This document shows, piece after piece, positions 1 through 8,384 of a stretch of 64,000 bases of DNA (positions are counted from its first letter, which is position 1; each line of letters begins with the position of its first letter). A program made the translations under genes and the position numbers. The stretch is taken from IMG/VR virus record IMGVR_UViG_3300034102_002082, positions 1 to 64,000 of that record; one strand, given 5' to 3'. The notes under the pieces were generated by a model. It searched no databases, was not told the DNA's origin, and saw nothing but the letters and a program-made list of their open reading frames with translations. Source of the stretch: a virus.

Positions 1-130
1 CGGGTTTTTCCAGACAGATTAAGATGAATTACGGTGGACATTTTATTTTGTGTTTTTGTTGGTTTCGTGTGAGTCGATAACCAAGACAATAAACAGAATC
101 GGAATTAAGTAAAGGATTATTTTAAAAATC

Positions 131-343
131 TTACTGTTCTAACAGTTCCGCTTCCTTACATAGCTCCCCAGCGAAACCATACTCTGACATTTCCATATTA
201 GCAACGACAAGTATTTTTGCTGCTTGTAGTGAGCAATCACCAAACTTCCGGCAATACTCAATTGCTTCATCTACACTTTCAAAGCAACGATTTTTTTCTA
301 TTTTGTCAATAGTCAATTCGGGAATTTTTGCGAGAATTTTCAT
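131..343 (-). CDS. small hypothetical phage protein
   Basis: 70 aa ORF in a co-oriented run of small minus-strand ORFs. Confidence 0.6.
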   Translation of the reverse strand: MKILAKIPELTIDKIEKNRCFESVDEAIEYCRKFGDCSLQAAKILVVANMEMSEYGFAGELCKEAELLEQ

Positions 344-358
344 GTTTAAATTTGCAGC

Positions 359-628
359 CTAGTCTTCGTCGGAGTCGTGTTCTTCGTCGTCGTTACGGAA
401 TTGACAAACGAACGCTTCAACTCTATTACTCAAGCAATTGTGAGCCTTTTCTAAATCGGCAAGACGACGCTGATAATACGTTATAGCCTCAACAAACGCA
501 GCGTCACGGGTCTTTGCTCGCATTGCCAAGTTCATGCTTTTGGTGAAGTCATATAGCCAGAAACCATCGTGATGCTCGGAAATTTGTAGCGTATCGTTTA
601 GCTTAGTGAAGGAGATATGCTTTTTCAT
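359..628 (-). CDS. hypothetical protein
   Basis: ORF 359..664; the ATG at 628 (MKKHISF) avoids overlap with the upstream ORF. Confidence 0.6.
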   Translation of the reverse strand: MKKHISFTKLNDTLQISEHHDGFWLYDFTKSMNLAMRAKTRDAAFVEAITYYQRRLADLEKAHNCLSNRVEAFVCQFRNDDEEHDSDED

Positions 629-635
629 TTGTATA

Positions 636-836
636 TTAAACAAAGAAACCACCGTGCTTGTCAACCAATTTCACAAAATCTTTCTTGGAAATATGCGCAA
701 CAAATTCAGATAGAAATTCTTCCGTCTTTGTCTTGTTAGGAAACCGCAACCCTTTGGCGATAACGATTCCACCATAGAGGGGAAACCATGTGACGCCATC
801 GGGAGCTTTTACCGCGCTGTTAGTTGACTTTTTCAT
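636..836 (-). CDS. small hypothetical protein
   Basis: 66 aa, tightly packed with neighbours. Confidence 0.55.
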   Translation of the reverse strand: MKKSTNSAVKAPDGVTWFPLYGGIVIAKGLRFPNKTKTEEFLSEFVAHISKKDFVKLVDKHGGFFV

Positions 837-839
837 TGG

Positions 840-1067
840 TCAAACAGTAACAGGCAAACCACGCCGAGCAAGCAAAAAATTGCGAAGCTTCAGGATTTTT
901 TCCTTCTTCTTTTTTTCATCTGCAAAATGTGCCTTCATAGAAGCATGAGCAGCCTTGGTATCAGGGTCGCTCATAACCTCTTCTTGACGTTCAGCGATCA
1001 TGATACGTTCAGCGGGGGTTAGATCCTTCCAAGGCTTGCGCTTGAAGTTGGATAGATAAGTAATCAT
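840..1067 (-). CDS. small basic hypothetical protein
   Basis: 75 aa, tightly packed. Confidence 0.6.
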   Translation of the reverse strand: MITYLSNFKRKPWKDLTPAERIMIAERQEEVMSDPDTKAAHASMKAHFADEKKKKEKILKLRNFLLARRGLPVTV

Positions 1068-1071
1068 AAAA

Positions 1072-1311
1072 TTATTTTTTGTGTGTTTTGAAAACCAACT
1101 CTTCTCGTTTTTTGAAATTCCTGATTTTCCGATTGATTTCTTTCGCTTCCTTTTCCGTCAACTCTTCCACGTTCAATGGATTCCATTGGTGCATCATCCA
1201 TGAAGAATCAATTCCGTGACTCTCCATAGTTTCAGACCACACAACCTTATGGAAAATTCCATCTTGTTTTACAATCGTGTTTCGATTCGATTTGAGTCGG
1301 TAAAGTTTCAT
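1072..1311 (-). CDS. small hypothetical protein, probably leaderless
   Basis: 79 aa; ATG lies 7 nt after a TTGACA-N16-TAACTT promoter. Confidence 0.65.
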   Translation of the reverse strand: MKLYRLKSNRNTIVKQDGIFHKVVWSETMESHGIDSSWMMHQWNPLNVEELTEKEAKEINRKIRNFKKREELVFKTHKK

Positions 1312-1318
1312 TGAAGAA

Positions 1319-1346
1319 AAGTTAAATTAAATCTAGAGAATGTCAA
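1319..1346 (-). promoter_or_regulatory. sigma70-like early promoter, 16-bp spacer
   Basis: TTGACA (1346-1341), N16, TAACTT (1324-1319), N7, ATG. Confidence 0.6.
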
Positions 1347-1347
1347 C

Positions 1348-1671
1348 TTATTTCTTTGAAGAATTTGCGTTTTTAATATCTTCTATCAATCCGTCATATA
1401 TCACCCGAATCATCAAAGAATTACAAAAGTCATCCTTCCATTTATCTTTATGGTTCATAGATACGTCCCACGGATAAGCAAAAGCTTTAATTAGTTTGGC
1501 AAATTCCAATTCCATCCCATAATGAAATCCACTCCCTTTAATTGCGTATATCTGTGAACCGATATTAACAAATAGATTTTCTTTTACTGATTTAACCCAT
1601 TCGTTATATTCCTCGGCAAGTTTTCGATAACCATTAAACTCAGCAATTTCCTCTTTTTGTTCAATCGTCAT
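1348..1671 (-). CDS. hypothetical protein
   Basis: ORF 1348..1698; first ATG at 1671 (MTIEQKEE). Confidence 0.55.
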   Translation of the reverse strand: MTIEQKEEIAEFNGYRKLAEEYNEWVKSVKENLFVNIGSQIYAIKGSGFHYGMELEFAKLIKAFAYPWDVSMNHKDKWKDDFCNSLMIRVIYDGLIEDIKNANSSKK

Positions 1672-1853
1672 TGTGTGAGGATTGTGTGAAGGCACCAAAG
1701 TGTCAATGGTAAAACGAAAGGAATTAGAAACTTTATCCCTTCCGGTAGGTTGATCTTATTGCCCCCGATTATAGCACAAAGGACAAAAATCCAATTGCAA
1801 ATTACATACGTAAAAGGAACGAGAAGGATATAGGAAAGGAGGATCATAAGAAT

Positions 1854-2042
1854 TTAGTTGTTTTTATATACGATAAAAAATAAATCAAGCACAATTCCAA
1901 AAATCATAGCAGGAATAAAACAGACAGAATAGACAGGGAAACGAAACGCTTTAACATACAAGCAATTAGCATTTCCAAATGACCATTCAGCGAAGTCGGT
2001 CATTATTCTATATAGATAAGTTTCGTTAAATAAGATATTCAT
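1854..2042 (-). CDS. small putative membrane protein
   Basis: 62 aa with hydrophobic C-terminal half. Confidence 0.45.
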   Translation of the reverse strand: MNILFNETYLYRIMTDFAEWSFGNANCLYVKAFRFPVYSVCFIPAMIFGIVLDLFFIVYKNN

Positions 2043-2262
2043 TTTGAAAAGTTTAGTTTATCTTTCTTGACTTGGACATTCGTATACTCTGAGAGATACA
2101 CGATAACAGAATCTTTATCGGTGGTCGATTCCCCACACTTATAGGTCTGAGAAGGAATAAGAGCCATTCCGAATTTGAGAACAACGATTTGCTTGGGGGA
2201 TGCGGTCATGTGAGTAAGATACTGAATTGTTTGAAGAAGTAAAGATTTATTTTCCCCTAATT

Positions 2263-2550
2263 TTAAACAAAATCAACTTGACAACGCTCTTTAACTTTGG
2301 AAGGGTCAAAGACTTCAACTTCCCTATAAGTTATCGGTTTCCGATTAGTGGGAACAAGTTGCTTTTCCCGCTCATTCCACTTGTTAATAAGCTCGGTAAA
2401 GCATTGTGTCAATGGCTTACCCCTACTTGCGGTTATATTCCAGTGAATCAATTGCCTGTGTAAAGCATCTTCGTCAATGGTGCTGATACTATCTTCTTGA
2501 CGTTGGGTAATGACATTGAAGTAGTTGGATGAGTAGCGAAAGAGTTTCAT
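2263..2550 (-). CDS. hypothetical protein, probably leaderless
   Basis: 95 aa; TTTACT-N16-TATCTT-N7-ATG upstream. Confidence 0.6.
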   Translation of the reverse strand: MKLFRYSSNYFNVITQRQEDSISTIDEDALHRQLIHWNITASRGKPLTQCFTELINKWNEREKQLVPTNRKPITYREVEVFDPSKVKERCQVDFV

Positions 2551-2557
2551 AAAAAGA

Positions 2558-2585
2558 AAGATAAACGATTCCCCTAAAAAGTAAA
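2558..2585 (-). promoter_or_regulatory. sigma70-like early promoter, 16-bp spacer
   Basis: TTTACT (2585-2580), N16, TATCTT (2563-2558). Confidence 0.5.
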
Positions 2586-2601
2586 TGATTATTTTGAAAA
2601 A

Positions 2602-2850
2602 TTATTGAGGAGGAACCAAAGGACCACAATACTCAATCAACCAAAAAGAATCTGGTTTATTTTTTAGGTTATTTACGTCCTCTTCCGTGAAGTCACTCCA
2701 AGTCGCCATCATCGCGATAGTTCTTTCGCGTCTAGTTTTCCAGTAGGTAGGTGGATATTCTGCATCTATTTGGATAATATCGGCTATCGTATTGCTACGC
2801 TTGACCCAATACCACCCCGAAACCGTAGGAACTTCATCTGTGTAATTCAT
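2602..2850 (-). CDS. hypothetical phage protein
   Basis: PTVSGWYWV N-terminal motif and GPLxPP C-terminus typical of small phage proteins. Confidence 0.65.
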   Translation of the reverse strand: MNYTDEVPTVSGWYWVKRSNTIADIIQIDAEYPPTYWKTRRERTIAMMATWSDFTEEDVNNLKNKPDSFWLIEYCGPLVPPQ

Positions 2851-2851
2851 T

Positions 2852-3055
2852 TTATTTTTCCCCTAAAATTAAAAAATCTGCGTTTCCATCCCTATCTAAT
2901 TCAGCCAATTTAAAGCTGCATAATGGTGACACCCTGCTTTTGAACGTGCAAATCAAACCAATAAGAGTGTCTGGATTGCTCGCTTTGAACTCCATCCCGT
3001 CAACGTAGCGGGGATATTTTTCTTTACACTGGACAATGAAAGCACCTTTGGTCAT
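2852..3055 (-). CDS. small hypothetical protein
   Basis: 67 aa; AGGGGA upstream; promoter repeat directly upstream. Confidence 0.6.
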   Translation of the reverse strand: MTKGAFIVQCKEKYPRYVDGMEFKASNPDTLIGLICTFKSRVSPLCSFKLAELDRDGNADFLILGEK

Positions 3056-3063
3056 AAGATTTA

Positions 3064-3121
3064 TTCCCCTAATTTATTTGAAAATTAAACTAAGTCAATC
3101 CAATTGTTTGAATTATTTTCC
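3064..3121 (-). repeat. ~58-bp direct repeat copy 1 containing a promoter (TTGACT-N16-TAAATT)
   Basis: near-identical to 3329-3387 (one indel, one mismatch). Confidence 0.85.
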
Positions 3122-3133
3122 CCTAAATTTATT

Positions 3134-3316
3134 TTAAGATCCGGTGGAAGTGCTTGACCAAAACTTTATCAGTCCATCCATTCCACCAACCTTTACCGCT
3201 TCCAATTCCTTCTCAGCGTAAGCGATATAATCGGCACCTTTAAAAGCGTCGGCACCGTGAAATTTTTTGACGGTCGCTAGTTTCTTTTCGTATTGATTGA
3301 TAAGTGCCTGTGACAT
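3134..3316 (-). CDS. small hypothetical protein flanked by promoter repeats
   Basis: 60 aa ORF between the two repeat copies. Confidence 0.65.
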   Translation of the reverse strand: MSQALINQYEKKLATVKKFHGADAFKGADYIAYAEKELEAVKVGGMDGLIKFWSSTSTGS

Positions 3317-3328
3317 AGTGGTATTTAT

Positions 3329-3387
3329 TTCCCCTAAATTTATTTGAAAATTAAACTAAGTCAATCCAATTGTTTTAATTATTTTCC
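3329..3387 (-). repeat. ~58-bp direct repeat copy 2 containing a promoter (TTGACT-N16-TAAATT)
   Basis: near-identical to 3064-3121. Confidence 0.85.
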
Positions 3388-3503
3388 AGCGTTGCCAGTA
3401 GCGCAAGCAAGCGAATGTCGTTACCCGTAGCAAGGTCACAAAGCAAACCCCTTGTCAGTCTTCCCCTAATCCAAAGAGCTAGTTTTTTATCAGCGTCATT
3501 CAT
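3375..3503 (-). CDS. 42-aa protein not in the ORF track (MNDADKKLALWIRGRLTRGLLCDLATGNDIRLLALLATLENN)
   Basis: hand translation; TTGACC-N16-TATTTT-N7-ATG upstream (3511-3538). Confidence 0.55.
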   Translation of the reverse strand: MNDADKKLALWIRGRLTRGLLCDLATGNDIRLLALLATLENN

Positions 3504-3550
3504 TGGCTTAAAAATACAAACAAAGGGAGGGAGGTCAATAGAATAAAACA

Positions 3551-3583
3551 AAAAAAGAGGGTCAACCTTTTACGATTGACCCC
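3551..3583 (-). terminator. intrinsic terminator
   Basis: GGGTCAA/TTGACCC stem followed on the minus strand by a T-run, downstream of 3595..4287. Confidence 0.55.
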
Positions 3584-3594
3584 CTAATTTTTTA

Positions 3595-4287
3595 TTAGAA
3601 GCAAACGGAGCCAGAGCGGACTGCCTCAAATTTGCCCTCACCCAGTGAGTAGGTGCGAATATCGACACGCTTGCTATTCAGAAGTTTCTCAATAGCGTTG
3701 TCCATCAGCACCTTGCTCCCCGAATTTACGGTTTTATATTCCACCGCTTCCGTGACGGTTTTCTTGACTAGCACGCATTGAAGGCGGATACCCTTCACGG
3801 TCATAAGACCTTGCGAGTTGAGAACGGGTTGCATAATGTCCCCTACTTTTTCGGTCAAAAGATCGACGACGACACCCGCACCAATTTTGCGTGAGCAACG
3901 GTCATGCCCTTGGCGGTGAGCGTCATCACGATCACCCGCAAGCGTTTTTTCGATGCTTGCAAGCTTCGCTTCGATGCAAAATTTGAACTGTTCAGCGACG
4001 GAAGCAAAGGAATTTTTGCCCTTGTTAGCAATCCACTTGCTCAACTCCAAATCTTCGATGCTAATGGACATAAGCTCTTCACGGGTAGCTTTGTAAACCG
4101 ATTCCGTTGCCGTTGCGCCGCGCACCAGCAAATTGGCCTTTTCCCCTTCGCTATTGCGATAACCGTCGATTGCGGTAAAGGAGTTTGAATTGACTTGCGA
4201 GGCAAGGGAAATGTCGAAAATGTCCTTTTCGGACAAGTGAACACCTGCAAAGGCAGGGTGTGATTTGATTTCAGAATGAGAGAGCAT
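3595..4287 (-). CDS. hypothetical protein (GC-richer early gene)
   Basis: 230 aa ORF with its own upstream element and terminator. Confidence 0.8.
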   Translation of the reverse strand: MLSHSEIKSHPAFAGVHLSEKDIFDISLASQVNSNSFTAIDGYRNSEGEKANLLVRGATATESVYKATREELMSISIEDLELSKWIANKGKNSFASVAEQFKFCIEAKLASIEKTLAGDRDDAHRQGHDRCSRKIGAGVVVDLLTEKVGDIMQPVLNSQGLMTVKGIRLQCVLVKKTVTEAVEYKTVNSGSKVLMDNAIEKLLNSKRVDIRTYSLGEGKFEAVRSGSVCF

Positions 4288-4326
4288 GGCGGTGGTTTTT
4301 GGTCGATTGGTTAAGAGTGTGAAGCT

Positions 4327-4373
4327 GCTTGCCTCACTTCACAAACTAAATCAGATGCCTTTTCATTGGTCAA
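4327..4373 (-). promoter_or_regulatory. conserved upstream element, copy A
   Basis: TTGACCAATGAAAAGGCATCTGATTTAGTTTGTGAAGTGAGGCAAGC; similar copies at 4842-4889 and 5954-5999. Confidence 0.6.
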
Positions 4374-4841
4374 TCACCAAAATGAAAAAAGTGAAAAAAT
4401 CTTTCGGTCATTTATTTGAAAAATTGTGATTGACTAATAGTTTGAATTATGCTGCACAAATTTGCTCACTAAGAAAATTTTCGATTGGAGTCAATACCAA
4501 ATTTTTTAATTTAATTTTTTAAAAAATGTGATTGACACTGAATGGACAAGGGTCATTATATGTTATAAGAGGGGACTAGCCAAAATTTTTTGGATTTTTT
4601 CTTGGAATCAGTCCAGCCTTCGGTGCCCCACTCTTCCCGTTTGATCGGGTCAATTCTTCAGGGAGAGCGATGCTTGCCAGTCCCTTCGATAGATAAGACA
4701 ATGAAGAAAAAACTGAATAGGTCAATAGCGAAAAACGAAAAAGTTGAAAAAACAAACAAGTGAGCAAAACAGAGCGTGTGCATATCTATTAGAGAGCACG
4801 AAAGTTTTCATAGGTAAAATGCAATTGTTTGAAGATTTGTC

Positions 4842-4889
4842 TTGTGTAGAAACAAGGCATCTGATTTGTTTGTGACATCGAAAGGCAAG
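4842..4889 (+). promoter_or_regulatory. conserved upstream element, copy B
   Basis: shares AAGGCATCTGATTT-GTTTGTGA...AGGCAAG with copy A. Confidence 0.55.
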
Positions 4890-4928
4890 ACGCCTAACGG
4901 TAAATCAAACACAAAACCAAAAACGAAA

Positions 4929-5534
4929 ATGTCCACCACGAACGCTACTCTTTCCACCTTTGCTCAGTCCCTTGCTACTATCGCAAACAACCTTGCGGCT
5001 TCCGCAAATGCGATCAATATGGGAACGGTCGGAATCGTTCAATCGGCTAACGACCTCGCAAAGCTGGCAACCGAAATTTCAGTTGCAAGTGTGGAAAAGG
5101 TCGAAGAGAAGAAACCGGAAATTGTCAAGGCTACCAATGACATTCAAATGGAGTTTAAAAATGAGGCAAATTTTCAGCCCCGTGCTTTCCAGTTGATCGA
5201 CTGCAAGACGATGGAAAAGGCTTTCTATTATCTGCAAAATGGAATTTCTCGCAAGGAAATTGCGGTCAAGTTTAATCTGGATATTACGCTTGCTTTTGAG
5301 CATCACTTTCGCAATAAGCAAAATTTTGGTGCGCGGTTGTCCACCTCACAAATCGAACGGATGCACTTTTACGTTGCTTTTTTCGCAATGTCCACCGTAG
5401 CGAGTTTTTTTACGACAACTAACGGAGGGGTTATGTATAGCCTGAAAAATAGCAAGTATTTTTCTTATCGGAATACCCGCCTAGGTGCCGTAAGTTATCT
5501 CGCAAATTGTCATCACTTGACACTCAGCGTTTAA
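4929..5534 (+). CDS. hypothetical protein, possible HTH-like C-terminal half
   Basis: ORF 4842..5534; likely ATG at 4929 (MSTTNATL); GISRKEIAVKFNL is HTH-like. Confidence 0.7.
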   Translation: MSTTNATLSTFAQSLATIANNLAASANAINMGTVGIVQSANDLAKLATEISVASVEKVEEKKPEIVKATNDIQMEFKNEANFQPRAFQLIDCKTMEKAFYYLQNGISRKEIAVKFNLDITLAFEHHFRNKQNFGARLSTSQIERMHFYVAFFAMSTVASFFTTTNGGVMYSLKNSKYFSYRNTRLGAVSYLANCHHLTLSV

Positions 5535-5550
5535 ACAATAAGTCAAGCGA

Positions 5551-5582
5551 AAATCCTCACCTTTAAACGGGTGGGGATTTTT
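5551..5582 (+). terminator. intrinsic terminator
   Basis: AAATCCTCACC-loop-GGTGGGGATTT followed by TT. Confidence 0.7.
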
Positions 5583-5953
5583 CATTGTTCCACGTAGAAC
5601 ATTCATTTTTTGAAAAATTACTATTGACTGATAAACAAAAGCAATTCAGTTTAAGAGTATGCCAGAAGTAAGCCAATGAGCCGAAAATGGGATTTGCGAG
5701 GATTAAACCTTTAGAGTTGGGGACCACACCCAACCCAAAAAATAGAATGGGCTTATTGAGATAGCTAATCTCAATAACGAATTGCTTTCGATTTAACGCT
5801 AGGGAATAGCCAAGGGCAGTCCTTACGCTCATAAGAGAAAAGACACGGGTAAAACACTAAGGAATAGCCAAGGGAAGCGAAGGAAACAGCTAGGCAATGG
5901 GAATGATTTTAAGAGGTAAAACAAACAAAGTTAAAAAAACAGATAGAAAAGAG

Positions 5954-5999
5954 TTGACCAATCAAAACCATTCTGTTTTGTTTTGTGAAGTGAAGCACG
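5954..5999 (+). promoter_or_regulatory. conserved upstream element, copy C
   Basis: TTGACCAATCAAAACCATTCTGTTTTGTTTTGTGAAGTGAAGCACG, similar to copy A. Confidence 0.6.
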
Positions 6000-6047
6000 T
6001 CGTTTCACACCTCACCACAAAGTTAGCAAAAATAAATCTAAATCATC

Positions 6048-7040
6048 ATGGCACACGAAATCACTTCTATCGACCGTCAGCAAGGCACCTTTCAGGCTTG
6101 GCATGGCTTGACTGAGATTATCGAAAATCTTTCCTTGCGCAATAACTGGCTTCGCCAATGGGATGTCACCCCCCGCAAAATGACCCTTATCGACGGCACC
6201 GAAACCCCTTACAGTATGCTTGTCGCAAGCGATGACGCAAAAATTCAAATTGGCGTGCCTTTCGCCGATTCCTACACTCCTATCACCAATGCAATGTTTC
6301 TCGATGTTTTGGGGGAGTCAACCCTTGGAATCGACGGTTTAACGCTTGACAGCGTGGGGAGTGTTTGCGGACGGGGCAAAATCTTTGCTAGTTTCAAAAT
6401 TTCAGAAGGCAATCGGACCATTGGCAATCGCACGTTTGAAACCTACCTGAATTTTGGTTCATCCCATGATAAGTCAGCACCTTTCTGGTTTAACACTTCA
6501 AACATTTGCACCGTGTGCGCGAATACGTTCGGAATGAATCTAAACGCTGAAAAATCGAAAGATGGCTTGGCTGGCAAGGTTCGCCATACGAAAAACGCCG
6601 CAATCGGATTGGGTAACGTGTCCGCAATCATTGAAAAGGCAATGGGCGCGCAAGCTGAATTTAACGCAATTTTTGCCTCGCTTGACTCCATGCCAGCGAG
6701 CGAAGAGACTGCCAATCGTGCCTTCGCTGGGTTTATCGGTAAAGGTGAGGAAATGTCAACCCGTAGCGCAAACACGGTTGACCGCTTGACCTCCCTCTTC
6801 GCTACTGGCAAGGGCAACCGTGGCGAAACGATGGCTGACGTTTTCTCAGCGGTTACTGACTTTTATTCACACGAATCGTCAGGTGGTGACGACCGCATGA
6901 AGCAATTTGTGTCAAGCGAATTTGGTAGCGGTGCCGAAAAGAAAAGCGAATTTTTCTCTTTACTCGCCGATGGCACCAATCGCCAAACCCTCATCGCAAA
7001 GGGTGTCAATAGCCTGAAGCTCACTGCCCTAGCCAACTAA
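6048..7040 (+). CDS. DUF932 family (TIGR03299-like phage/plasmid) protein
   Basis: MAHEI...AWHGL N-terminus, YTPITN, SHDKS, VCANT, VRHT, AVTDFYSH motifs. Confidence 0.85.
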   Translation: MAHEITSIDRQQGTFQAWHGLTEIIENLSLRNNWLRQWDVTPRKMTLIDGTETPYSMLVASDDAKIQIGVPFADSYTPITNAMFLDVLGESTLGIDGLTLDSVGSVCGRGKIFASFKISEGNRTIGNRTFETYLNFGSSHDKSAPFWFNTSNICTVCANTFGMNLNAEKSKDGLAGKVRHTKNAAIGLGNVSAIIEKAMGAQAEFNAIFASLDSMPASEETANRAFAGFIGKGEEMSTRSANTVDRLTSLFATGKGNRGETMADVFSAVTDFYSHESSGGDDRMKQFVSSEFGSGAEKKSEFFSLLADGTNRQTLIAKGVNSLKLTALAN

Positions 7041-7054
7041 GGCAAGCAAGTCAA

Positions 7055-7085
7055 GCCCTACCTTTAAAAGAGGTAGGGTTTTTTT
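7055..7085 (+). terminator. intrinsic terminator
   Basis: GCCCTACCT-loop-AGGTAGGGT followed by a T-run. Confidence 0.8.
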
Positions 7086-7182
7086 GTAACCGTGAATGGT
7101 GCGCAGCACAAGGGAGGTCGGGTGTCAATGAAAAAAGAAAAAAGAATTTTCATGAGGTGGGTCATTTGAGCTTGACAGAGGT

Positions 7183-7277
7183 GGGTGGTGGGGGGGCATG
7201 GTAGGGTAGGGGCACACGGGTCACCTACCTAGGTGCATTCTGAGTGGGGGGGTCTACCCCCTAGGGAGGGGCGGGGG
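7183..7277 (+). other. G-run-rich non-coding segment with two G-quadruplex-like motifs
   Basis: GGG-tggt-GGGGGGG-catggta-GGG-ta-GGGG and GGGGGGG-(11 nt)-GGG-a-GGGG-c-GGGGG. Confidence 0.6.
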
Positions 7278-7647
7278 ATACATCTGACACACACGGCAAT
7301 TTTTTCTTCCAATATTTCACCCTCTAAGTGTTTTTATGAATCAATTGTCACCAATGGTCTATTCGTCACTTATACTCAATTGTCAATTTTGTTCTATACT
7401 TTTTCATTCCTATATTCTTCTTTAGAAAAAATCGGGGGTAAAAATTCAATATACAGAACTTCCCCCCCTTACCGTATTATACCGTATCTATAGTATATCC
7501 CTATATGGGGGGGTAAATGATGCCCCTTATGACATTTTCTTTATATATTGATTTTGGTTTTACAACTTTTTGCCCCTATTGTCACATAGTTACAAAAAAC
7601 ACTGGGAAAATTTTGTTTATTGGACTTTGCTCCTCTAAATGTTTTTC

Positions 7648-7926
7648 CTATTCTTTCTTTGTATATTTGCAATCACAATGATGGACAACTCCACTTGGGT
7701 CACTCATAGGATTTACCTTTACTTCTTCTTTTGGCATTAGTGTTGTACCAACTCGTAGTTCTTTATATAAAAATCGTCCTATTATGTGCTTTTTATCGTA
7801 TCTACCTGTTTTCCAATTGTATCCAAGTAGCTTACAATAAATAAAATATTGCACCATGAACATATACACATTCAATGTACGCTTAAATTCTGTCAATTTT
7901 CTTTTTCGTGAATATTTATTAAACAT
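7648..7926 (-). CDS. small protein with a C-terminal major-capsid (Gol-region) mimic
   Basis: KEEVKVNPMSDPSGVVHHCDCKY vs the window's own MCP KEFVSVQPMNLPSGLIFYLDFKY (12/23 identical, ungapped). Confidence 0.7.
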   Translation of the reverse strand: MFNKYSRKRKLTEFKRTLNVYMFMVQYFIYCKLLGYNWKTGRYDKKHIIGRFLYKELRVGTTLMPKEEVKVNPMSDPSGVVHHCDCKYTKKE

Positions 7927-7933
7927 TTTATTT

Positions 7934-8206
7934 TTAGGTATATATACTCTCTTTACTATCTACCGTCATATTAAGTAGGTAACAGATCTCTTTTATTATT
8001 TCGTCTCTTGTTAGTGTTGTTCCATAGTAAAGATCATCTATGAGCAAATATATTCTAATATCTCTAATGGTGCGTGTTTTAAAAACGAAATCACATCTTG
8101 GTTCCCATGATTCTCTCTTTGCTAATTCTGATGTGGATGGATAACATTCCAATAGATCATACTCCAATTTAAGCATGTCAACGATTTCTTTTAATGTAAT
8201 GATCAT
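7934..8206 (-). CDS. hypothetical protein
   Basis: 90 aa, tightly packed in the operon. Confidence 0.6.
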   Translation of the reverse strand: MIITLKEIVDMLKLEYDLLECYPSTSELAKRESWEPRCDFVFKTRTIRDIRIYLLIDDLYYGTTLTRDEIIKEICYLLNMTVDSKESIYT

Positions 8207-8215
8207 TTATTATTT

Positions 8216-8383
8216 TTAATGTTGGTTCATGGAACACCATTCTTTGCATATGTCTCTTTTTGATTTAGCTTCCTCGTATGTATCAAATGGACCAACCCTT
8301 GTGTATTCTCCTTTTGAGCCGAGATAGTAGAACTTACCTAATTCTTCTACAATAGTAAAACTATCTTTGAAATATAATAACAT
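8216..8383 (-). CDS. 55-aa protein not in the ORF track (MLLYFKDSF...GPFDTYEEAKSKR...)
   Basis: hand translation; fills the gap between 8206 and 8385. Confidence 0.55.
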   Translation of the reverse strand: MLLYFKDSFTIVEELGKFYYLGSKGEYTRVGPFDTYEEAKSKRDICKEWCSMNQH

Positions 8384-8384
8384 A

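Noticed and set aside
5563-6115. ORFs 5563..5832 and 5897..6115
   Set aside because: They overlap a terminator, a regulatory element or the DUF932 gene and have no recognisable features.
7233-7493. 86-aa ORF in the G-rich boundary
   Set aside because: GTG start, low-complexity DNA, no recognisable protein features; treated as non-coding.
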